NCBI GenBank assembly: GCA_964401915.1
Contig: CAYOAI010000001.1
Location: forward strand, 4,987-68,986
Length of the DNA: 64,000 nucleotides
From: an uncultured Gammaproteobacteria bacterium
GTDB taxonomy: Bacteria > Patescibacteriota > Microgenomatia > UBA1406 > GWC2-37-13
Reading direction: 5' to 3'
Both the position numbers and the translations under genes were made by a program. Below, one piece after another: positions 10,525 through 19,878 of the stretch. Numbering within the stretch: position 1 is the first letter of the stretch; each line of letters opens with the position of its first letter. The notes below the pieces were generated by a model. That model saw nothing but the letters and a program-made list of their open reading frames with translations, was not told the DNA's origin and did no database searches.

Positions 10525-12048
10525 TTATTTAGTTAGTTCAAAAAGATAAAAAGCTGATTCTCCCCCAGGTTTCGCATATTTTTTAATTAAGCGAATTGGA
10601 AGATCTCCGGAGAATACTGATCTATGAGAGTAAACAACAAATACATAGTTATTTTTCAGAAGATTTTGGTTTTCTATAAGCTGCGGTTTATCAAGTGGCC
10701 AATATCCCCGTACTGTAATTCTATCGCTTGGGATGAGAAGCGCCTCGAGCATATCGCCCACTACTCCAAAGTTCCCCTCAGCTACGAGAATCACCGGCTT
10801 TTCTTGTGATTTTTGTCTGGCGTAATCAATAATTTCTCCAACTCCGTGTCCTGCCGAGGTGCCTTCAATGTACTGACCACGATCAATTGGCGGAAAGGGA
10901 ATATTATTTTGCGCAAAGATAATCGTATAGTCAAAGTAAGCGACAGACAGCAAATATAGAGTGATCACGCCGATTACAATATTCCTTTTTTTGATCTTGA
11001 TGATCAAATATACGGCAAGAACTAAAAAAAGCGATGCGAAGAAGTTTAGATACCGAGGAAAGATTACTCGCCCAAAGCCGACAATTGCAGCAAAGGGCAA
11101 GGCAAACCATAGTAGAAAATACAGTCCCATTCTAAGATCTTTTTTCAAAAGTAGAATTAGTCCAAAAATTCCAAGAATAGGGATGACAAACGCAGCCTCC
11201 CAGAATACATACTGAGGAACAATCAGCAGATTATGAGGAATCAGTTGGAGGGGATTTTTAAGGAATTCACTTGGCCGGAGAAGGAAAGTGTAGTTTTTTT
11301 CGGATACAAAGTGGAAAAATGGCGAGAGTCTTTGAACGTTATAAATGACAAATGCCATAATAGCAGCAACTATAAATAAGACGTAGTAATTAACTGATCT
11401 TTTTATAAAATACTTCTTCTTCCTTTCAAAGAATAAAATAGGTGCAAATGCTCCCATTCCCATGAACACCTTAACTGAAGATTTGGTCAAAAGAGAAATT
11501 CCAGCGACAAGTCCAAGTGTCAAGGCTATGCCAAAGTTTATGTTTTGAGCAAGTAGTATGATCAAAAAAAATATCCAGATAAAACCAGCATTAACCGCTC
11601 CATCAACAAGCGCCATTCGATCATAAAAAAGAAAATAAGGAGTAAGAATATAAAATAAAGTTCCCAAGAAAGCGGCTTGCTTTCCCCACAGGTAGTACAA
11701 AAGGCCAAAAATTCCAGACATACCCAAAAATCCAAAAGCCATCGAGAATATTCGTCCTGCAAGAAGTGGATTATTGGGAAATAGTTTTAAGAAGGGAATC
11801 GTTGCCCAGGTTTGGAGAGGTTGTCTTCCATCAGTTAATGAAATAAAGCGCCACGAGGCATCGTGCCAAGCAACTTTTGCCCAATGAATATAAATACCCT
11901 CATCTGTGAAAATGGGAAATTTGCTCAGGTTGATAGCTCTTGATAGTAGGAATAAAAGAATGAGCACTACGACAATAAACCAATCTTTTGTTTTTAAATT
12001 TTTCTTTAAAAAGCTAAGAATTTTAAAAAAATCAAACATGACTTTCAA
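10525..12048 (-). CDS. GT-C glycosyltransferase, ArnT/PMT-like
   Basis: 507 aa. Contains INLSKFPIFTDEGIYIHWAKVAW..DGRQPLQTW after TM1, a polytopic core and a C-terminal soluble domain. Confidence 0.6.
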   Translation of the reverse strand: MKVMFDFFKILSFLKKNLKTKDWFIVVVLILLFLLSRAINLSKFPIFTDEGIYIHWAKVAWHDASWRFISLTDGRQPLQTWATIPFLKLFPNNPLLAGRIFSMAFGFLGMSGIFGLLYYLWGKQAAFLGTLFYILTPYFLFYDRMALVDGAVNAGFIWIFFLIILLAQNINFGIALTLGLVAGISLLTKSSVKVFMGMGAFAPILFFERKKKYFIKRSVNYYVLFIVAAIMAFVIYNVQRLSPFFHFVSEKNYTFLLRPSEFLKNPLQLIPHNLLIVPQYVFWEAAFVIPILGIFGLILLLKKDLRMGLYFLLWFALPFAAIVGFGRVIFPRYLNFFASLFLVLAVYLIIKIKKRNIVIGVITLYLLSVAYFDYTIIFAQNNIPFPPIDRGQYIEGTSAGHGVGEIIDYARQKSQEKPVILVAEGNFGVVGDMLEALLIPSDRITVRGYWPLDKPQLIENQNLLKNNYVFVVYSHRSVFSGDLPIRLIKKYAKPGGESAFYLFELTK

Positions 12049-12055
12049 TTATATT

Positions 12056-13537
12056 TTAATTTTCAAATAATGTAAAATCGCTATTTTTATAGACTTTTTT
12101 GAGTGATAAGTTTTCGATAAAATGTAGATCTCCATTTTCAATCAGATATAGTCCATGCCCGCTTTTAATTTGTTTTTGGAAGTCGCTTGGGGAGTAGTAA
12201 TAATAAACCTTTTTATCTGAATAATAAATAGAGCATGGATTGCCTCCATAAATAAATGTAGTTGATGTGGTGAGATTGGGGGTTAGAATTGTTTTTGCTT
12301 GACGCTCAGAAAAGTCCACCAAGTAGTAAAGATTTTTCTGCTGAAATTGTCGGGCCGCCATAAGAGTCGCGTATTTTGGAGGTATATCTCGTTTTGATTG
12401 GTAAAGCCTGGTCTCACCATAGATAAGCCTGAAGGCGTCGAGTGAGAGTAGAGCGACAAGAATATAAAAGAGCCATTTGATTCTGAACTGCCGAGTCAAA
12501 AAATCCATGCAGTAGGCAATGTAAATAAGCAGGAATGGATACATGGGCATTGCATACCACGGCAGTTTAGTCTGGATTCTCGTTAGTGATATAAGGGGAA
12601 GTATAAAAAGAAGAATGATTGTGAAAAGTATTTCTTGTTGTTTTAATTCTCGGAAAATTGCCTTAAGGGATGAATATTTCTTGAGATTTATTAAATAGTA
12701 AAGTGGAAGAACGAACATGGCAAATATCCATGGCCACAGTTCTCGATAGAGAAGTTTTAGATAATATCCATACCCGCCAAAATGAAACTCAATAGGATTA
12801 TTAGCTCTTTGAACAAGATTTTCATAAAAATATATTTTGATGAACTGGTTGCCGTGGTCTATATATTGATACAGATGCCAGGGGGTGATAATGGCTATAA
12901 AAGCTATAAGAAGAAGGACAAAGTTCCAGAGCTTTTCTTTTTTAAAGTTTAAGAAAATGGATAAGAAAATTGCCGCCATATAGACAAGTACACCGAGCCC
13001 TTTATCCATAACTGCCAGGCCAAGGAAAATTCCTGACAAATAGCTAAAGCGATTTTTCTTAAAAGAAAGAACCCAGAAGAATAAGGACAGAAAGATAAAG
13101 AATACAAAAGGAGTGTCGGTGTTGACGCGGATTGCATAGACGATGACAACTTCTGAGACCAAAAGCAGAAGGGATGCCAAAATAGCTACTCGTCGTGAAA
13201 AAAATCTCTTAGAAAAAAAATAAATCGCAACAAGAAGAGCGATAGTAAAAAAGACAGAAGTCAGGCGTGCTGTGAATTCGTTTACTCCAAATGAAAAGGG
13301 AAGCTGCAGCATCCAGGCGAATCCAGGAGGCTTCTCAAATCCCAAGAGTCCATTCCACTGGTTGGTCAACCAGTTGCCAGTGAGTCGCATTTCACGGCCA
13401 TATTGGACATATATACACTCATCCCAATCATAAAATACATTCCGGCCAAGTCTTAAAAAAAGCATAAACGATGTAGTCGCTGCAATAAGTAGAAGTGGCC
13501 AGTCTTCAGTGAAGATTTTTTTTATTTTTCGAATCAT
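12056..13537 (-). CDS. GT-C glycosyltransferase, ArnT/PMT-like
   Basis: 493 aa. Contains LRLGRNVFYDWDECIYVQYGREM..FEKPPGFAWM after TM1, the pattern seen in ArnT-family enzymes. Confidence 0.65.
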   Translation of the reverse strand: MIRKIKKIFTEDWPLLLIAATTSFMLFLRLGRNVFYDWDECIYVQYGREMRLTGNWLTNQWNGLLGFEKPPGFAWMLQLPFSFGVNEFTARLTSVFFTIALLVAIYFFSKRFFSRRVAILASLLLLVSEVVIVYAIRVNTDTPFVFFIFLSLFFWVLSFKKNRFSYLSGIFLGLAVMDKGLGVLVYMAAIFLSIFLNFKKEKLWNFVLLLIAFIAIITPWHLYQYIDHGNQFIKIYFYENLVQRANNPIEFHFGGYGYYLKLLYRELWPWIFAMFVLPLYYLINLKKYSSLKAIFRELKQQEILFTIILLFILPLISLTRIQTKLPWYAMPMYPFLLIYIAYCMDFLTRQFRIKWLFYILVALLSLDAFRLIYGETRLYQSKRDIPPKYATLMAARQFQQKNLYYLVDFSERQAKTILTPNLTTSTTFIYGGNPCSIYYSDKKVYYYYSPSDFQKQIKSGHGLYLIENGDLHFIENLSLKKVYKNSDFTLFEN

Positions 13538-13546
13538 AAGTATTTT

Positions 13547-14794
13547 TTAAAATCTGCACCTAACTGGTACCTGTTGTGGTTCGTATTTTACCATCTCAAC
13601 AAGCGGACACCTCACATCAAATGCACTATCTGAAATTAGTGCCTGATAATAAAAATATGTACGAAGCTCATATAGACAAGAGATGGCAAGTATGATTGCC
13701 AAGAAAATCACCACAAATTTTCGTCCTGAAAATAATTTTTGTTTAAGATATAAAAAGCCAACGCCAATTAAATAAATGACTCCAGGAAGAGCTGTAAAAG
13801 TGCGTAGCATATTTGGATTTTCAATAGGGAGAGTAAATATCGCAGGAAGAAGAGCGAGGGCAATATAGATGAGGAAGAACTGATTATAGAAAGACCTTAT
13901 TTGAGATAGAGCAACAATTAGTCCGATTATAAATAAGATTCCTAAATATGGATTAAGGGCGGGTTTTCCTGGATAATTATGCCGACCATTGAGATCTCCT
14001 TTTAGATTAAACATAAGAGCGATTTTTGAAATATTCTCCACGAGGTATGAGGCCTTAGCTTGAGCGCTTAATCTTTTATCTTTGAGAAAAAGCTGTTGAT
14101 TGATACGGATATCAGATTCCTGATGTAGTGCTAAGTACGAAGTTAGAGGGTAAATTGTGATTACAAATGGAATAAGGAATAAAAAGAAAGTAAGAACTTT
14201 TTCACGCTTTATAAAAAGAGTGAGTAAAGGAAGTATAAAAAATATACGTCCAGGTTGATATGAATTGAAGGCTAAGCCAGCAAATATTCCACAGAGAATG
14301 AGTTGATATAGCTTTTTCTCCTTGTGAAAATTAAGTATGAAGTAGCAAGAGACAAGCTCGAGAAAAAGCAAAAAAGGTATTTCAAAAGAAAAGCGTACAA
14401 AATTAAGATACCAATGAGAGGTAAGTAGAGCGATGCTCAATATCATAGGCAGTAATAGATTTTTTTTAAAAACAAGACGCAGTATAGAATAAAAAATAAG
14501 GATATTTAATATTCCAAAGATGGCAATAGGTAGTCGCAAAGCGAAATGACTTACCCCCAAAAACTTAAAAGATAAAAGCAGAATATAGAAGTATAAGGTG
14601 GCATGGCCATCAGCAAAAGAACTAAATGGTGTGTACGATGTGTGATCTAATGAGAGAGCGAGTTTTGCCAAATGGTACTCATCCCAAGAGATGAATTGAG
14701 GAAGTTGGCCGGACTTATAGAAGATCAAAATAGTGCTGAAAAGCAAAAGGGCGATGATGCTTAGTAGTGTGCTTTTCTTTCTAAGAAAGTTCAT
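13547..14794 (-). CDS. GT-C glycosyltransferase-like polytopic membrane protein
   Basis: 415 aa. Contains QFISWDEYHLAKLALSL..ADGHATLYFY after TM1 and 10 or more TM segments. Confidence 0.55.
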   Translation of the reverse strand: MNFLRKKSTLLSIIALLLFSTILIFYKSGQLPQFISWDEYHLAKLALSLDHTSYTPFSSFADGHATLYFYILLLSFKFLGVSHFALRLPIAIFGILNILIFYSILRLVFKKNLLLPMILSIALLTSHWYLNFVRFSFEIPFLLFLELVSCYFILNFHKEKKLYQLILCGIFAGLAFNSYQPGRIFFILPLLTLFIKREKVLTFFLFLIPFVITIYPLTSYLALHQESDIRINQQLFLKDKRLSAQAKASYLVENISKIALMFNLKGDLNGRHNYPGKPALNPYLGILFIIGLIVALSQIRSFYNQFFLIYIALALLPAIFTLPIENPNMLRTFTALPGVIYLIGVGFLYLKQKLFSGRKFVVIFLAIILAISCLYELRTYFYYQALISDSAFDVRCPLVEMVKYEPQQVPVRCRF

Positions 14795-15533
14795 ATTTAC
14801 CTAAAAGATCGTTGAACTTAATAAGTGAGATATCTTTTAGCCCACCAATAGAGTCTTTAATGAAATTCACGTTTCTTGTCTCTACGTGTTTCCACGTTAC
14901 TGGAATTTCTTTTATTTTGTATCCAAGCTTTGTTGCTATGAATAAAAACTCCATATCAAATCCCGCCGAGACAGACGATCCTCTTATTTTTCGTGACGTG
15001 TGATAAACTCGCATACGAGAAATTATGTCTTTGGCGGCCTTTTTCTCAAACAATTTAAAACCGCACTGTGTATCTTTTAGTCCATTTAGATTGATGAGTG
15101 TGCCTCGTACAAAAACTGCTCCACGCGCCATAATTTTTCGAAGAAAAGGAGCTCCTTTCCTTTGTGACTTTCTTGATCCGATAATGATGGTGTATCCATG
15201 AGCAATCTCTTGAATAAGTTTTTTTGATTCTTCGATGGGAGTGGCCAAATCAATATCGGAAAATAAGACATAATCTCCAGAAGCCTTATCTATACCAGTC
15301 ATCACAGCATAGGCTTTTCCTCTATGGGCATTTTCAATAAGCTTAAATTTTTTATTCTGAGGAATATATTTTTTTTGTATTATTCCTCTGGATCCGTCAG
15401 TTGAGCCATCGTCAACAATAATGACTTCTTCAAAACGATCATCCTCGCTTATAAAATTTCCGATCTTATCAAGCACACCTCTTTGCAAATTCGTCTCTTC
15501 ATTGTAGCAGGGGAGAATAAGTGAGATTTTCAT
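14781..15533 (-). CDS. Polyprenyl-phosphate hexosyltransferase (GT2; Dpm1/ALG5/GtrB-like)
   Basis: Contains ISLILPCYNEETNL, VIIVDDGSTDGS, FSDIDLATP and KDTQCGFKLFEKK. The D-x-QCGFK motif is characteristic of dolichyl/undecaprenyl-phosphate glucosyl- and mannosyltransferases. Confidence 0.8.
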   Translation of the reverse strand: MKISLILPCYNEETNLQRGVLDKIGNFISEDDRFEEVIIVDDGSTDGSRGIIQKKYIPQNKKFKLIENAHRGKAYAVMTGIDKASGDYVLFSDIDLATPIEESKKLIQEIAHGYTIIIGSRKSQRKGAPFLRKIMARGAVFVRGTLINLNGLKDTQCGFKLFEKKAAKDIISRMRVYHTSRKIRGSSVSAGFDMEFLFIATKLGYKIKEIPVTWKHVETRNVNFIKDSIGGLKDISLIKFNDLLGKYELS

Positions 15534-15573
15534 AGTTTAGAAACCTTGCAATAATTTTTTATTTTTTCCTTAA

Positions 15574-17043
15574 TTAATGAGACAATCTATATATAGTAAC
15601 GCCATCAATTTTTGTGGTAAAGGTTATCTTTCGAGGTGCAAAATATGCAATATCCCATTGTGGGTTTCCTATTATAAGTGGGCAGCTCACTTCACAAACT
15701 ACAAAGAGTTCGTCTGCCTTCTCTAAAGTGTCCTTTTCAATTGGTTTTTTCCCTCCTATTTCAAGAAAGTATCGATATGTGGACTCAGAATACCTTTCAG
15801 GAAGGGCCGTAAGAGCAAATTTATCTTGAGTCACATTTTTGGAAATCGATAGAGCCACATTTTTTGCCCTTTCAATTTGTCTTGATCCTTGCTTGGTCAG
15901 AAAAAGATAGCCCTGGGAATTTAAGTATATGTAGATGAATAAAAAAATCCCAATAAAAGCATTTCCTATGAACCCCTTTGGAATGTGGCTTAGGATAATG
16001 GCAATGCACACAAAATAAAATATGTATACCGCACCATAATAGTGTTGATATTGAGGTCCTCCAAAAAGCGAAACGCCAATAAACGTAAATACAAAAAAAA
16101 TAAAAAACTTATGGTGTAGGTCATTTTTTCTTAGCTCAAATATGATGAATAAAATGATTGTTGTTAAAAGAGCGATTAATAAGTATTGGTGAAAATCAAA
16201 ATTAAATACATATTTGTTGAGCCTACTAAAAGAAATTAGAATTGACGAAAATAAATTAGATTGTGCCGAATTAGCAGATCCACGGGCAAGATCTATAAAT
16301 CCCTTACTGTTGAGGAAGTCGTGCCTTAGATCGAAGATGATAAGGGGTGACGTGAATACAATAAAAGAAGCTACGGCCGCGCAAATCCCACCGATAGTTT
16401 TTAAAAAATGGGACTTATGTTTATAGAAATGGGTTAAAAAAAGAATAAAGACGGGGATTATGAGGAAAAGCGCAAGATAATGAAGTTGTATAGAAAATGA
16501 TAAAAATGCACCGAAAAGTATAAAATAGTATGTTTTGTATGTCTTAAGAGCTTTAATCATGAAGTAGGCACAAAAAAGAGAGAAAAATGGAAGAAGATTG
16601 GGATTCCAAGAAAAGCGTGAAAAATCAATGAGTGTTGTTGAGAAGGTTAGAAGCACAGTTGCGACTATTGCAACCCTAAAGCCAAACAATTCTTTGAGGA
16701 TGAAGTAACTACAAAGAATGAAGAAAGATGCGAAAAAAGCAACCCCGATGGCGAGTCCCAATGGATCAAAATTAGAAAGTAAAAGCCATGGCGCTATAAA
16801 ATAGTAATAGAAGGGTCCGAGATAGATGTGTCCGATAGATGTCGTCGGACCAATTGCCGGAAAGTGTTCAAATGTGAGTATTCTTTTGATTATGATAGCG
16901 TCTCGACCCTGATCTCCCAAGAATGTCACGAAATCAGAGAGTCGATAGATCCTCAAAAAAAGTCCAACAAAAGCAAGAGCTATAGCTGTTTTATTTTTTG
17001 TTACAATAGTCTGTATGTTTCTAAAAAATCTTCGTAAATACAT
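15574..17043 (-). CDS. GT-C glycosyltransferase-like polytopic membrane protein
   Basis: 489 aa. Contains FVTFLGDQGRDAIIIKRIL..IGPTTSIGHIYLGPFYYY after TM1. It is the first gene of the minus-strand operon. Confidence 0.55.
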   Translation of the reverse strand: MYLRRFFRNIQTIVTKNKTAIALAFVGLFLRIYRLSDFVTFLGDQGRDAIIIKRILTFEHFPAIGPTTSIGHIYLGPFYYYFIAPWLLLSNFDPLGLAIGVAFFASFFILCSYFILKELFGFRVAIVATVLLTFSTTLIDFSRFSWNPNLLPFFSLFCAYFMIKALKTYKTYYFILFGAFLSFSIQLHYLALFLIIPVFILFLTHFYKHKSHFLKTIGGICAAVASFIVFTSPLIIFDLRHDFLNSKGFIDLARGSANSAQSNLFSSILISFSRLNKYVFNFDFHQYLLIALLTTIILFIIFELRKNDLHHKFFIFFVFTFIGVSLFGGPQYQHYYGAVYIFYFVCIAIILSHIPKGFIGNAFIGIFLFIYIYLNSQGYLFLTKQGSRQIERAKNVALSISKNVTQDKFALTALPERYSESTYRYFLEIGGKKPIEKDTLEKADELFVVCEVSCPLIIGNPQWDIAYFAPRKITFTTKIDGVTIYRLSH

Positions 17044-18154
17044 ACCTCATTATTGTACCCTAACATTGATTGTTTTAATAAGTACTCTTTTTTTGTGGCT
17101 ACCCTTCATTTTACGAATAACACCATGGGTTGGGATCCGGATAGAAGATCCAAATTTCTTATATATATATCGGAATTTTGATGGTTTGCTGTATGTTGTC
17201 GCAGCTAAGACTCTTTATAATCCATTATTGATTAAAGGATTACATCTTGAGGCAGCTCTTGAGCCTATTTATTTTTCCGCTCACTTTCCTCTCTACCCAC
17301 TCCTTATTCGAGCCTTAGCTGGAATTTTTGGATATTTGAAAGCAATGGTTGTTGTCAACATAGCCTCAACGCTTCTTCTAGTCTTCTTTTTTTATTATCT
17401 TATTTCAAAATTAAAGATTACGAGTCATCCACTGATATTATCTACTGTTCTCCTCTTTCTGCCACGTTTTTTGGTAATTCGCTCAATTGGAGCACCAGAG
17501 AGCCTTTTTATTCTTTTTATACTCATATCTTTATTTCTCTTTGAAAAAGAAAAGTACTTATGGTCAGCGGTTGCGGGCTCACTTGCGATAGCGACAAGGT
17601 CACCCGGCATATTGCTTATTCCAGCTTATGGCCTTGTTTTTATAGAAAGATATATAAAAAAAAGATCGATTGATTTCAGGTGGTTCTATATGATTCTTAT
17701 ACCACTCACTTTACTTAGTATTTTTTTGTTTTATGGTAAGCAGTATGGCGATTTTTTTGCATACTTTAACTCTGGAGATAATCTTCATCTTGAGTATCCT
17801 TTCGCTGTTTTTAACTACGACGCCCGGTGGGTTGGTACGGCTTGGCTTGAAGATGCTTTCTTTTTCTTTTTCTTTTATCTACTCACTCTTTTCTCTTTTA
17901 AAAAATCCCGCCTGCGAAGCTTTTATTACTTTGTGTTTGTGTACTTCAGCGCTATAGTGCTGATTCAGCATAGAGATATCAGTCGTTATAGCCTTCCTTT
18001 ATGGCCATTTGCACTCATTGCTTTTGAAAAGTTCTTCACTTCGCGCAAGCTTCTTGTCGCACTTATACTACTTCTTCCGGCTATCTATATGCTTGCTTGG
18101 AATTTTATGGGACACAATGTGATGCCTGTCTCTGATTGGTCGGCATTTCGATAA
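17015..18154 (+). CDS. Polytopic membrane protein (GT-C / PIG-V-like mannosyltransferase candidate)
   Basis: 379 aa with about 9 TM segments. The loop WVGIRIEDPNFLYIYRNFDGLLYVVAAKTLY follows TM1. The start is uncertain: ATG 17015 overlaps the divergent gene, and an in-frame TTG lies at 17066. Confidence 0.4.
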   Translation: MFLKNLRKYIPHYCTLTLIVLISTLFLWLPFILRITPWVGIRIEDPNFLYIYRNFDGLLYVVAAKTLYNPLLIKGLHLEAALEPIYFSAHFPLYPLLIRALAGIFGYLKAMVVVNIASTLLLVFFFYYLISKLKITSHPLILSTVLLFLPRFLVIRSIGAPESLFILFILISLFLFEKEKYLWSAVAGSLAIATRSPGILLIPAYGLVFIERYIKKRSIDFRWFYMILIPLTLLSIFLFYGKQYGDFFAYFNSGDNLHLEYPFAVFNYDARWVGTAWLEDAFFFFFFYLLTLFSFKKSRLRSFYYFVFVYFSAIVLIQHRDISRYSLPLWPFALIAFEKFFTSRKLLVALILLLPAIYMLAWNFMGHNVMPVSDWSAFR

Positions 18155-18161
18155 ATAGAAT

Positions 18162-19217
18162 ATGATTAAAAAATTTATAAGCTCAACTAAAAAAATTGCA
18201 AAACGTCGTTGGTATTTGATTATTGCGGTAGTTCTGATCTTAAGTCTAATCGGATGGAGTGTAGCGAATAAATCATCCAAAGATAAGCCAAAAAATGCAT
18301 ACACAGTCAAACGCCAGACTTTAAGAGAGACAGTGACTTTTTCAGGAGATATTGATGCTGAAGAAAAGGCTACACTCAGATTCCAGACATCAGGTAAACT
18401 CGCATGGGTCGGAGTCAAAGAGGGGGAGACTGTCAATAAGTATCAAGGTATAGCCTCTCTTGATCAACAGGAGCTTAAAAAGACGCTTCAAAAAGAATTA
18501 AATACATACGTCAAATCAAGATTAGACTTTGATCAGGAGAAAGAAGATACACGGGAAGTGGTGATAGGGGGATTGGGCCGAGATGCTCGAGAAAGAGTCC
18601 TCCGAGTGGCTCAAAAAGCTCAGTATGATCTCAATAATTCGGTCATTGATGTCGAGCTTCAGGATCTTGCTATTCAATTTGCAACAATCTATACACCAAT
18701 AGAGGGAATAGTGACTAAAGTAGGATCAAAGAACTCAGGTGTCAATGTGACACCAGCTCAGGCAGAGTTTGAGATAGTAAATCCCGACACAATATTCTTT
18801 TCAGCCACAGCAGACCAAACAGAGGTTGTGATGCTTGATACTGGAATGCGTGGGGAGATCTCACTCGATTCTTTTCCTGATGTGAAAAGATATGCCACAA
18901 TAGCTTCAATTGCATACACGCCAAAAGAAGATGAGACGGGCACTGTATATCAGATTAAACTAAATCTTGATCCGAGTTCTCCTGATGCTGGTAAGTTGCG
19001 TTTGGGCATGACAGGAGACGTGACTTTTGTTCTAAAAGAAGTAGAGAATGCGATAGCTGTCCCAACCACATATATAAAACGAGAAAATGGAAAGCCGTAT
19101 GTGCTTAAAAAAGTAAATAACAAGCCAGAAAAGGTTTTTATAAGGCTTGGCTCTGAGATCGATACAGCAACAGTAGTTGACTCCGGCATAGAGGCGGGCG
19201 ACGTGGTATATGATTAA
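18162..19217 (+). CDS. Efflux transporter periplasmic adaptor (HlyD/MacA-type membrane fusion protein)
   Basis: N-terminal TM anchor, a barrel-sandwich/coiled-coil pattern (GDIDAEEKATLRFQTSGKLAWVGVKEGETVNKYQ..LDQQELK..) and a C-terminal beta domain. It overlaps the ABC ATPase gene. Confidence 0.75.
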   Translation: MIKKFISSTKKIAKRRWYLIIAVVLILSLIGWSVANKSSKDKPKNAYTVKRQTLRETVTFSGDIDAEEKATLRFQTSGKLAWVGVKEGETVNKYQGIASLDQQELKKTLQKELNTYVKSRLDFDQEKEDTREVVIGGLGRDARERVLRVAQKAQYDLNNSVIDVELQDLAIQFATIYTPIEGIVTKVGSKNSGVNVTPAQAEFEIVNPDTIFFSATADQTEVVMLDTGMRGEISLDSFPDVKRYATIASIAYTPKEDETGTVYQIKLNLDPSSPDAGKLRLGMTGDVTFVLKEVENAIAVPTTYIKRENGKPYVLKKVNNKPEKVFIRLGSEIDTATVVDSGIEAGDVVYD

Positions 19218-19878
19218 TCTTAAGCATGTCTACAAGGAATTTCAGTTAGATGAGGATATTCTCTATACAGCACTGTCTGATGCTACAGTCACAATCAAGG
19301 AAGGCGAATTTTCGGCCATCGTCGGTCCATCTGGTAGTGGGAAGTCGACGCTTATGCATATTATTGGTCTTCTTGACACACCTTCTCGTGGCAAGATTCT
19401 TATTCAGGGTAAAGATATCTCAACTCTTAGTGATGATGAGATTTCTACGCTAAGGAATGAATTTGTTGGATTTGTTTTTCAGCAATTTAATCTTATAAAT
19501 AAACTAAGCACACTTGAGAATGTGCTTCTTCCCACAATTTATAGTCGTAAAAAACTCAGCTACGATCCTGTTGAGAAGGCTTTGTATCTTTTAAATAGGT
19601 TTGGTTTATCTGAGAAGGCAAAGTCATATCCCAATAAACTTTCAGGTGGTCAACAACAAAGAGTGGCTATAGCGAGGGCGCTTATTATGGAGCCTAAGCT
19701 AATACTGGCAGATGAGCCAACAGGCAACTTAGATACGAAGACAGGAGATGGTATTATGAAATTGCTTCGGGAACTTAACAAAGAAGAAGGCATCACGATC
19801 GTGATTGTGACTCACGAACCAGATATTGCATCTCGCGCTAAAAGGCAGATACGGATTGTTGATGGAAAAATTCTATGA
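19210..19878 (+). CDS. ABC transporter ATP-binding protein (MacB/LolD-type)
   Basis: Walker A GPSGSGKST, signature LSGGQQQRVAIARAL, Walker B LILADEPTGNLD and H-loop VTHE. Confidence 0.9.
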   Translation: MINLKHVYKEFQLDEDILYTALSDATVTIKEGEFSAIVGPSGSGKSTLMHIIGLLDTPSRGKILIQGKDISTLSDDEISTLRNEFVGFVFQQFNLINKLSTLENVLLPTIYSRKKLSYDPVEKALYLLNRFGLSEKAKSYPNKLSGGQQQRVAIARALIMEPKLILADEPTGNLDTKTGDGIMKLLRELNKEEGITIVIVTHEPDIASRAKRQIRIVDGKIL

